Origin: Macrostomum lignano
Lineage: Eukaryota
DNA length: 64,000 nt
NCBI GenBank assembly: GCA_002269645.1
Contig: NIVC01002289.1
Location: 62,001 to 126,000 of the forward strand
Direction: 5' to 3'
In this document: positions 39,401-51,400 of the stretch, piece after piece
Layout of the letters: every line of letters begins with the position of its first letter
Position numbering within the stretch: position 1 is the first letter of the stretch
The notes under the pieces: generated by a model
Seen by the model: only the letters and a program-made list of their open reading frames with translations
The model's database searches: none
Told to the model about the DNA's origin: nothing
Made by a program: the position numbers and the translations under genes

Positions 39401-42400
39401 TTTTTTTCAGTTTCCGAGGGCCGGAAAAGATTGCTCTGAACTGCAGAACTCGCATATAAAAAATAAACATATTAGCTTGGAATCCTAAGTGGATGAAAAA
39501 ATTCGATGCCGCACCAGCTTAAGAAGAAAATAAGCTGCCAATTCAGCAGCATCGATCCGAGTGCCAAGAGAGAGAGGGAGAGAGGGGGGACTTGCGGCTC
39601 GGGCTATGCGACAGCACGCGCTAGAAACAATCCGCGAGAGAGGAGGAGGACTTGTCAAGCGCGTCAATGGACAAATATTGAGACCGCGGTAGTTAAGCGG
39701 GATTGCAAAGTCCGTCCTGCATGTGCCCTTACTCCCACGCCTCAGATTGGTCCCGTTTGTCCTCCTCTGCCCGACTCCAGCTTGCTCAGATCAGATTGAT
39801 GGAGCAGCAGCAGCAGCAGCCAGGCTGCACAGGCCAGGGAATGCCTGGCAGGGGAGGGAGAAGTTACTAAAGCGAAATTAGCCGCGTTAGTCGATGGTCC
39901 AATTTTATTGCCCCAATACCCGTCTGGGAGTAAGCGGCTCCTTGCTGTGTCTGTCAACCGGGATGCAGGCATGAGAGCCAGTGAGACCTGAGCTCGGGAG
40001 ATTGATTGAAGGTGCACAGCTGACTGCACGAGCTGTAATAATATTCCAATTTGCCGGGCTCAGGCCGTCCAAGGTTTGGTCCGGAAATGGCGGCGGCTTG
40101 GCATGGGGCGACTCGGGAAGAGGAAGGCGGCAGGACAAGCGCCCGGCTGCGGGTTTCTTCACCAAAAATACTGAGGCCAATTTCTGCGGCGGAAACTCTG
40201 CTTTTAAATGGGGATGAGAGAGTGTGGAAGAGGAAGAAGAAGTGAGAGATAGAAGTGTAAGACAGTGAAACGGGAGAGCGAGGAAGTCAGTAGGGAGCCA
40301 GGGAAAGTGACAATGGAGCCAGTGAGAGTGAAGAGGGAGCCAGTGAGAATGAAAAGGGAGCCAGTGAGAGTGAAAATGGAGCCACAGTGAGAGTGAAAAG
40401 GGAGCCAGTGAGAGTGAAAAGGGAGCCAGTGAGAGTGAAAAGGGAGCCAGTGAGAGTGAAAAGGGAGCTAGTGAGAGTGAAAAGGGAGCCAGTGAGAGTG
40501 AATAGGAATAAGTGTATTAGCAGAGCCAGTGTCTGAAATCATGCCATTGATTCAAACTGACACTGATTCAAATTTAGCAATGCCAACAAGCAAAAAAGAA
40601 GAATCCGAGAACAGCTTCTGCAGATGAGGCTGCTGCTCACTCCGCTGAATTCACCTGGGGGGAATATCGGACAAAAGATTTGAGTAGTCCCATAGCCCTT
40701 AGCCATTTCCTATCGCGTGCCGGTTGTTCAGCAAGCATTGTGAGTACCCGATACCAGAATTGCCATTGAAGCGGTCGCTTAACAGGGCGCGAAGGACTTG
40801 CCCGAGCCTCAGAGCCTATCGAGTCACGCACATAAACAATAATATATCCTTAGGCAATGCAACCTAAAGTCTGGGGATCGATAAAAATAAATCAGATACT
40901 GTCTGATCTAGAACCATGATTCCAATAATGTCAAAAACAAACCAGCATAGTGAATGAGCCGTAGCGCTGCGATCTTTCTTGGAAAGTTCCTACAAGCCAC
41001 AGGAAAATTTGTTATGTGGCCGGAACTTGTCGTACAATTCTCGTCCATGAGAGCCAGCCCCAAGGCAGAGGGAGAGTGTACATGCCTGACGATTAGAAAG
41101 TCAGGGCGTGCCGGCGTACAGTATCCTCTGGCTGCAGTATGACTCTGCAATCCAACTGACTAACCTAACAATAAGAAGTCCATGGCAACTAACCCGCAGG
41201 CGTCCTGGGCCTCTGGATCGGGTTCAGCATTGTGACGCTGTTCGAATTCGCAGAGTTCTTCATCATCTGCGCCTCGTACTACTGGTACCTGTGCATCAGC
41301 AAGCTGCCCAGGACGCGCCGCAATCCGCTGCGCATACCCAAGGTACTTAATTACCGGCGTCAGGAGGGCCGCGACATCGAGCTCATGACCGACTCCGCCT
41401 CGCCCTCCCCAGTCCGGTCGCTGCCGGCGGGGCAGGCGGCGGGGACGGCGCCGGTGGCGGTGGTGGACGAGGACGAGGAGGCGTCAACAGGAGGAGGGAC
41501 AGCTGAAAACCACCGCACGGCCAACTCCGAGTCCCAGCCGCTCAGGGCCGACAAAGGCGACAGCAGGAGGTGACTTTCCATGCCCCCCCCCGATGAAACC
41601 TGCCTTCCTCATCTGCCAACCATTCACCCTATGCGCTAACGAGTCCCCCAGCCGCTCTGTTTTCCCTGAAAACAATCTGGCCAACCCATCGCCACAAAAC
41701 CCAAAAACGTTTATTCATAACCAGCTCTTCCAGCGTTGGGCACAAAACTCTTCACAAAAATTAATTTTAAACTTCTGCCGCAGTGGAAGCTAAAAATCAT
41801 TCACAGCTATAGAGAACAGATGGAAGGAAAATTAAGTACGGCCCCGACAGAAAGCAGAGAAACCGTTGTTTGCTAAGGCAACGCGTGGCTTGCAAACGAT
41901 TTAGCTGGATACAGAACTGCTTTCGTGAACTAGCAGAGTTGTCCGCTTCTCGTACAGGAGGTGGTTGCTTCTACCCACACCCGCCTCAGCAGCTGGTTGC
42001 TTCTACCCACACCCGCCTCAGCAGCTGGTTGCTTCTACCCACACCCGCCTCAGCAGCTGGTTGCTTCTACCCACACCCGCCTCAGCAGCTGGTTGCTTCT
42101 ACCCACACCCGCCTCAGCAGCTGGTTGCTTCTACCCACACCCGCCTCAGCAGCTGGTTGCTTCTACCCACACCCGCCTCGGGAGCTGGTTGCTTCTACCC
42201 ACACCCGCCTCAGCAGCTGGTTGCTTCTACCCACACCCGCCTCAGCAGCTGGTTGCTTCTACCCACACCCGCCTCAGCAGCTGGTTGCTTCTACCCACAC
42301 CCGCCTCGGGAGCTGGCAGCCCGAAATGCATTGGCAAACAGGCCAGTTCAAAAGTGCATTTCTCGGCCTAGCGCGCAGTCTTTCCCAGCTGATTTCAAGC

Positions 42401-45400
42401 CCGACAGATTGAAGCACTCGTACATGACAGCACTGAACCTCACCTAGCTGCTTAGTAACTCAGTTTAATTTAAGACCTTGGCTAATCTTTACGTAGCAGC
42501 AATATTTCACTGTCTTACTGCTTCCGCCCCGGCATTAAACTTTGCGGCCAATCTCCCTCTCTACTCGTAGCTACCGGGCCCGCCTGCACAGTTTGACTGA
42601 CTGGCTCTCCTTCCACTCTGCGAACTGGTTTGTTCCGTCACAGTATATACGCTTTTATACTCGTAATTATGACTGCATTATAATATGTTAATTAGTTTGC
42701 TGTACACTGCATTGCCTGCCGTCAACGGTGACAAGAGTATTCCGCAATACACGATGCTATTGAGAAACTTGCAAGTGATCAGAAAATTTTATAGAACTTT
42801 TGCTATGCAGCTTAACAATTGTCTCATTTACAAATGGGTGACAGTGATTTCAGTGGGTGACAGTGACGTCAGTGGGTGACAGTGATTTCAGTGGGTGACA
42901 GTGATTTCAGTGGGTGACAGTTATGTCAGTGGGTGACAGTGATTTCAGTGGGTGACAGTGATTTCAGTGGGTGACAGTGATGTCAGTGGGTGACAGTGAC
43001 GTCAGTGGGTGACAGTGACGTCAGTGGGTGACAGTGATGTCAGTGGGTGACAGTGATGCCAGTGGGTGACAGTGATGTCAGTCGGTGACAGTGACGTCAG
43101 TGGGTGACAGTGATGCCAGTGGGTGACAGTGATGCCAGTGGGTGACAGTGATTTCAGTGGGTGACAGTGATGTCAGTCGGTGACAGTGACGTCAGTGGGT
43201 GACAGTGATGCCAGTGGGTGACAGTGATTTCAGTGGGTGACAGTGACGTCAGTCGGTGACAGTGACGTCAGTGGGTGACAGTGATTTCAGTGGGTGACAG
43301 TGATGTCAGTGGGTGACAGTGATTTCAGTGGGTGACAGTGACGTCAGTGGGTGACAGTGATTTCAGTGGGTGACAGTGATTTCAGTGGGTGACAGTGATG
43401 TCAGTGGGTGACAGTGATTTCAGTGGGTGACAGTGACGTCAGTGGGTGACAGTGACGTCAGTGGGTGACAGTGATGCCAGTGGGTGACAGTGATGCCAGT
43501 GGGTGACAGTGATTTCAGTGGGTGACAGTGATGTCAGTCGGTGACAGTGACGTCAGTGGGTGACAGTGATGCCAGTGGGTGACAGTGATTTCAGTGGGTG
43601 ACAGTGACGTCAGTCGGTGACAGTGACGTCAGTGGGTGACAGTGATTTCAGTGGGTGACAGTGATGTCAGTCGGTGACAGTGATGCCAGTGGGTGACAGT
43701 GATGCCAGTGGGTGACAGTGATGTCAGTGGGTGACAGTGATTTCAGTGGGTGACAGTGACGTCAGTCGGTGACAGTGACGTCAGTGGGTGACAGTGATTT
43801 CAGTGGGTGACAGTGATGTCAGTCGGTGACAGTGATGCCAGTGGGTGACAGTGATGCCAGTGGGTGACAGTGATGTCAGTGGGTGACAGTGATGCCAGTG
43901 GGTGACAGTGATGTCAGTCGGTGACAGTGATGCCAGTGGATGACAGTGACGTCAGTGTGTGACAATGACGTCAGTGGGTGACAATGACGTCAGTGGGTGA
44001 CAGTGATGTCAGTGGGTGACAGTCATTATCTGTATACGAGCTAAGCTCTCTATAATCTGCATTACAAAATTTGCTGCATGTATGCAAATATAACTGTAAA
44101 TTGGGGCATTCGGTGCACAGATGTCAATCATGCGCCACCCCAAGAAGATTTATTGATCTGGCGGCACGGGCAAGGGGCCTGTTTTATACCGGGCACGCAG
44201 AGGCAAGACAGACTTTTTTCAATCTGGCCCGTTTCCGCGTCTGGCTACGGGCCAAAAGCTACCGCGATTAGCAATTAATAACTCTTAACTGGCTTATTGG
44301 CCACAGGCTGTAGTGGTCTCTACAAATGTATGCATATGCATAAATATCATTTGTGGTATGCTAACGACAGTATATTGCTTCGTGACTTCGGTTTTGGATT
44401 CCTGACTTTTGTTTTGGATTCCTGACTTTGGATACGAATTCAGTTTTGGACAGATCAAATTTACAGATGTTTTCTGTCGGTATGCAGCGCAGGACTACCG
44501 GTACCGATCATCGGTGAGTTAAGATGATTATCAGTATTGACTTTGCAGACTTGCACATTTAGAAATTGTTTCGTAGAATTGTGTATCTGCGTGGCTCCCA
44601 TTCAGACACGGCAAAGACTACTCTGAAGGGGGAGTGGTCCCTCTAGGAGCGGATAATTTAGAAATACTCTTGGCATTCCTTGTGATAACCTCTGCTGTTG
44701 GAGTTGGAGAAGCGGTCAAAGTAGCGATTCACTTTCAATAGGTTTTGTTCAAGAGAGTCGGATTGGAAGCTGGATGCTCCATGCGAGTATTGATGAAGAT
44801 TCCCGGCCAGCACCCCCAATCTCTGCCGCTGAAATTCCGCAAGCACCGAGGGCAGCTCCTTTAGCCAAGGACTGTGGGAAAAATAACGGCTGGGGCTTAA
44901 GCCAGGGGGATTTTTTGCTGAAAATCTGGAGTGTGCTAGGACTCTTAACTTACTCCTCTGTATCTTAAGATCTTTCACAAACTAGAACTTTAATAAGCTA
45001 AATCTCTCACAAACTAGAGCTTTTACAAACTAGAACTTTAATAAGCTAAATCTCTCACAAGCTAGAGCTTTCAAAAACTAGAACCTTCACAAACTAGAAC
45101 TTTCACAGACTAGAATTTTAACTTCATACAAAACTGTTTTAGCATCAGTTTTAACAAACTTTCTCTCATGTTTTTCACACAGGACAAGTTTAAAACCAAA
45201 TATTATTTTATTTTTGAACTACAGGAATGCAGAAGTTATTTTCGATTTTAAGCCTCAACAGTTTTCAATCTGTAACTCGAAATCACCAAGGTGTTTTCAG
45301 TCACACGTTTTCAAAGAGATGCTTTCGAAACCAGCCCGCGTGCAATCGCTGTGGATGAGCTTGAGAGAATAGTAGGCACTCCAAATTCTAGCCCGTGATC

Positions 45401-48400
45401 ACCTTGGCTCAGACAACAACAAAAATCAATCCAAAGGGCGGGCGCATGACGGTCACGCAGCTGTGGCCGCAGACAGCTTGCAAGGAATTCAAGAATTCAG
45501 GATTTCAACAACTGATCTATCTAGGCTTGGGATCTGAGAGCGGGATTGGGACTGCGGAACTGGGAGGAGCAGAGAGGGGAAGTGGACAAGTGGCGTCAGA
45601 GTCAGGCTATGGGTATAGATGGACTAAACTATTTCAAACTGTAAATAACTGTCACAATAACAGCTTTCAAGGCCGACTAAGCAGTAAATAACTTTGCATT
45701 GCGAATACTTGAAATAATTCTACAATCCTGTTATGTTGTAAATGAAAATTTCTGCAAAAGTCTGCTCCCCCCCACTACGAACTTGAACGTCCAGCGTTCG
45801 AAGTCAGCGTTCTTTCCAGCGTTATTTTACATTCACCTGATCGGCTAAAATTCTAATTCTGATCCAAAATTGTGTTAACAAGGGGCTTCATCAATCCCTA
45901 CATCTGTGACTTTATCAATCCCTACATCTGTGACCTTATCAATCCCTACATCTGTGACTTTATCAATCCCTACATCTGTGACTTTATCAATCCCTACATC
46001 TGCGACTTTATCAATCCCTACATCTGTGACTTTATCAATCCCTACATATGCGACTTTATCAATCCTTACATCTGTGACTTTATCAATCCTTACATCTGTG
46101 ACTTTATCAATCCCTACATATGCGACTTTATCAATCCCTACATCTGTGACTTTATCAATCCTTACATCTGTGACTTTATCAATCCCTACATCTGTGACTT
46201 CATCAATCTCTACATCTGTGACTTTATCAATCCCTACATATGTGACCTTATCAATCCTTACATCTGTGACTTTATCAATCCCTACATCTGTGACTTTATC
46301 AATCCCTACATCTGTGACTTTATCAATCCCTACATATGCGACTTTATCAATCCTTACATCTGTGACTTTATCAATTCCTACATATGCGACTTTATCAATC
46401 CCTACATCTGTGACTTTATCAATCCTTACATCTGTGACTTTATCAATCCCTACATCTGTGACTTTATCAATCCTTACATCTGTGACTTTATCAATCCCTA
46501 CATCTGCGACTTTATCAATCCCTACATCTGTGACTTTATCAATCCCTACATCTGTGACTTTATCAATCTCTACATCTGTGACTTTATCAATCCCTACATC
46601 TGTGACTTTATCAATCTCTACATCTGTGACTTTATCAATCCCTACATCTCTGACTCTATCATTTAAACTCCGTGTTGGCCTGTTTCCGCTCCTGCAGAAG
46701 CAGCCAATTTCGTTTTTTTGCTTTTGCGTAGTTTCTTTTGCATTTTTGAGTTTATAAACGTTTCCTGGACAAATTGTTCCGAGTGGGTCGAGAATCGAGC
46801 CCCCGACCTTTTAGCTGTGAACCCGACACTCTAACCATTCGATTACAACCCCTCTGCAATATGTGTCCTTGAGCAAGACACAACTCTGCACTGCTTCAGT
46901 TCACCCAGCTGTAAAATGGGTGCCAGCATTAGCTTGGGTAATTGAGGGTGTGTGTGGCGACCCCCCAGTCCTTGGACTGAACAGCCGTACGCAGCCTTCA
47001 GATGCGCCGCGCAATACGAGCTAGCTGCGGCTGAGCTGTCGGTTGCACTCACCCTGCCTATTAGGGTAGGTGTAATAAAAAATTGACGAAGAATTCACTA
47101 CTGGACAAAAATTAAAAATGTATAAGTGCTTACAAAAAAATTACAATAAATATAAATTGAACTGAAACCAGCCAATTGTCGCAAGCAGTCGTCAGTAGCC
47201 GTTTTCTCTCATAGACTGTTGTAGGCCGGCGCACTCATTAAGAATTTTTACATTAATAGGAATTAAAAGAAATTTAAAGTCCGGGAGCTGATCAGAGGAT
47301 CTAGAGTCCCAAAGAGAAACGTAAATTTAGAAGGCTGAGCCCAGTAAGCTAAACTAGAGGCTAAATTTGCTCTGTCGTGCGGCGCTTCATAACATAACAG
47401 ATGCGTACGCAAATATTTGTATTGGCACCCCCGTTTGGCAACAAAGAACTGAGAATAGCGAGGTAAGGCCGGCCAAGGGTGTAACAGATCAGGAAAAAAT
47501 GTTAACACTCGGTGCCCTGACTCAGTTAAGTAAGCTCGTGTACGTTGCGGCTTTTGGATTCGGGGTCGGGACTTGGGTTCGGGAAGAAGCTCGGGATCGG
47601 GATTCGAGTTCGGGACGGGGTTCGGAGTCGGGATTTGGATTCGGGGTCGGGACGGGGTTCGGAGTCGGGATTTGGATTCGGGGTCGGGATTTGGGTTCGG
47701 GGTTGGGGTTCGGAGCCGGGATTTGGAGCCGGGATTTGGAGCCGGGATTTGGAGCCGGGATTTGGAGCCGGGATTTGGATTCGGGGTCGGGATTTGGATT
47801 CGGGGTCGGGAATTGAGTTTGGGGTCGGGATTTGGGTTCGGGGTCGGGAATTGAGTTTGGGGTCGGGATTTGGGTTCGGGACGGGTTTCAGGGTTCCCGA
47901 GAGATGCTATGCAAAATAGCCATCTCGTACACACGCGATATGAAGCCAAAGGTGTTGCTACAGCAGAGCACAGACTTACCGGCCGCAGAACAGCAGTATG
48001 GGATAGGTGGTGCAGATCTTGAACGCCAGCAGGCACATTCCAATCAGAACGTCCGGGGTGGCGTCGTAGTTCCGCAAGATGTCGCTCTGCACCGCGGCGC
48101 CGAAGGACCAGTAGCCGAACACGGCGGTGGCGCTGTAGGCCAGGAAGCAGATCAGCATGGCGAAGGAGACAGTGCGGGCGAACTGCGGCAGGCAGCGCCG
48201 GCGCATGCAGGAGTAAACAGGCACTACCGACACGTGGCACTGGTAGCCGAAGCAGATGGTGGGCACCACGTTGAATACGTCGACCAGGGAGTGCGGCCTT
48301 GGCGAAAGGTTTTTTGAGTGTTGGGACAGCTTCAACTCCTGCTGCATCTCCAGCTTCCCGAATCCAGCTGCATTACCATAAAGTCCTTCTGCTTCATCCA

Positions 48401-51400
48401 CAGCTGCCTAGACCCGCAGCCATTTATGATCAAATCTATCGGCTTCATCTCCAGCTTACCAGATTCAGTTGTCATTTATGATCAAACCTATCTGCTGCAT
48501 CTTCAGCTTCCCAGATCCGACTGTCATTTAAGATCAAACCTATCTGCTTCATCTCCAGCTTCCCAGATCCGACTGTCATTTAAGATCAAACCTATCTGCT
48601 TCATCTCCAGCTTTCCAATCTGCACTTCGTAGGGCATGTCCAAGTGGAGATAAAACAGACATTAAGACCACGCTCACGCCCTGAAACGGAGCATCACAGC
48701 ATTGTACTCCGGCCCCACCCCATCTTCACTAATGCTAAATTAGAATGATGCTCTGAAGGACACTCGAGACTGACTTCCTAGCAGGCACTAAAGCATAGCT
48801 ATTGAAGTGAAGCCAATGACTCGCATTATGAAATTGGAAACATTAAAACCGTGAAATTTTATTTGAGCATGCTATTAGCTATCCGAACCATCTAGTTTTA
48901 ATAGACTAGAGCTGTTATTGTCACTCACCTGGTGCGCACAGATGTGGAGCTGCTGCCGCCGATGAAGTACTTCACAACTACCATGACGCACATGTACAGC
49001 ACGCCCAGGACACCAGCGGCGCTGTTCAATGCAGAGCGATTGAAAAAATAATAATGCTCACGATATTAGATCATCTTTTTTAATCTGCAGCTATTCATGA
49101 ACTTTAGACGTACGTTAATGAAAAGCCGCGTCAGAGGTTATGAACTTAGGAGTATTTGGTTTGGGGTGGGTTGCAGTGTACTCAAGGAGCTGAAGGTGGG
49201 TTGCAGTGCACTCAAGGAGCTCAGGGTTGGGTTGCAGTGCACTCAAGGAGGTCAGGTTGGGTTGCAGTTTACTCAAGGAGCTGAAGGTGGGTTGCAGTGC
49301 ACTCAAGGAGCTCAGGGTTGGGTTGCAGTGCACTCAAGGAGCTCAGGTTGGGTTGCAGTTTACTCAAGGAGCTGAAAGTAGGTTGCAGTGCACTCAAGGA
49401 GCTGAAAGTAGGTTGCAGTGCACTCAAGGAGCTGAAAGTAGGTTGCAGTGCACTCAAGGAGCTCAGGATGGGGTTGCAGTGCACCAAAGGATATACAAAC
49501 AAGTCTGGTGTCGCAATGCAATAAGAAATGAGCAATAAGTATTGCATCTCGGTGTCACAAGTCAAATATCACTGCTGCTCAATCTTAAGGCCATTATTTA
49601 TACAATACAACAAAGGCCAGGGGCTGACAAATTCGATCCCAATAACCGAGCTGTTCGCCTCCCCTCTTCAATCCATCCGACCCCCCTGGACTCTTTTTGA
49701 CTACATGTATACACAGCTTCCTCCCCCATCAGTGGTGCTCCCTCGCGGGACCCTAAAAGTTAGCGATTGAGTCCAAATTGAATTACAAGCTGTAGGCGGA
49801 GAGAAAGAGCCGCAGACAGGGAGAGATCGGTATGTATCTGTGCCCCCCATGCGATCCCTGCTATATGAGTGGTGGGATGTAGAGAGAGGCTCAGGCGGAA
49901 TCCGGCAATAGCAGACAGACAACCCACTCACTAGGGCCTTTCAGGGTGCATCCAGAAAAACACAGTGCGTGACTTCCCCACTGGTCTGAACTCTTGCCGT
50001 GACAGGCGGCTCTGCATGGCTCGCCTAATTATTATATAACTGTGTCTGAGGTCCGACCAATGCCCATGCTAAGTAGCTTGGTACCTGCTAGTTAGCTAAT
50101 AAAGTGAAATTGTGAGTCAAAAGTGAAATTATGAGTCAGTGAGTCAGGCTGTCTTTCCTGTTCAGAGCTCAGTGGGCTGTCTCCCTTCCCTGTCCTTCAG
50201 AGCTCAGTGGGCTGTCTTCCTTCCCTGTCCTTCAGAGCTCAGTGGGCTGTCTCCCTTCCCTGTCCTTCAGAGCTCAGTGGGCTGTCTTCCTTCCCTATCC
50301 TTCAGAGCTCAGTGGGCTGTCTCCCTTCCCTGTCCTTCAGAGCTCAGTGGGCTGTCTCCCTTCCCTGTCCTTCAGAGCTCAGTGGGCTGTCTCCCTTCCC
50401 TGTCCTTCAGAGCTCAGTGGGCTGTCTCCCTTCCCTGTCCTTCAGAGCTCAGTGGGCTGTCTCCCTTCCCTGTCCTTCAGAGCTCAGTGGGCTGTCTCCC
50501 TTCCCTGTCCTTCAGAGCTCAGTGGGCTGTCTCCCTTCCCTGTCCTTCAGAGCTCAGTGGGCTGTCTCCCTTCCCTGTCCTTCAGAGCTCAGTGGGCTGT
50601 CTTCCTTCCCTGTCCTTCAGAGCTCAGTGGGCTGTCTTCCTTCCCTGTCCTTCAGAGCTCAGTGGGCTGTCTTCCTTCCCTATCCTTCAGAGCTCAGTGG
50701 GCTGTCTCCCTTCCCTGTCCTTCAGAGCTCAGTGGGCTGTCTCCCTTCCCTGTCCTTCAGAGCTCAGTGGGCTGTCTCCCTTCCCTGTCCTTCAGAGCTC
50801 AGTGGGCTGTCTCCCTTCCCTGTCCTTCAGAGCTCAGTGAGCTGTCTCCTTTCTCTGTCATTCAGAGCTCAGTGGGCTGTCTCCCTTCCCTAGACAGGCA
50901 GCAGGCATTTAGACAGGCAACTACTTACCTGGAATATTTAAGAAAGTCAATGCGTTTAGTAAAGCACAGCGGCAGGATAAGCACCAGCGAGCTGACTGAC
51001 ATGACTAGACGCTTGCTGGCGTAGGGCTGCGACCGCGTAGTCGGGGACAGGAATTGACTGGATACTGGCGACAGAGAGAGGGTTGGTTTCCTTCTTTGTT
51101 GATTATCGAGTATTTTTCAATCTTAGAACTAACGTGAATTTCCATATAATTCAACATATACTCACTTAGTCTACTATTAGTAGAGAAACTAGCGCTTTTC
51201 TAACGGTGAGAAAGAGTGACAATGGTCGATAAATAGATGTACATTTAGATACGCTGGGTAGGTAGCTAAGGTAGGTGGGTAGGTAGGTGGGTCTATGAAA
51301 TTTGCTTGCGAGAAGTTTGCTTGCCGAAGTCTGCTTGCAGGAACTTTGCTTGCCGAACTTTGCTTTCCGAACTTTGCTTGCGGAATTTTGCTTGTCGAAG

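Noticed and set aside
25715-44024. Regular repeat arrays as CRISPR-like loci
   Set aside because: Units are head-to-tail with no unique spacers, there are no cas genes, and the context is eukaryotic and intron-containing.
44658-44978. 106-aa minus-strand ORF
   Set aside because: No recognisable domain or splice context; possibly a TE remnant, but unsupported.
45765-45830. Possible tRNA gene on the minus strand
   Set aside because: Only a T-loop-like gttcaagt is visible and I cannot fold a full cloverleaf; at best a SINE-head remnant.
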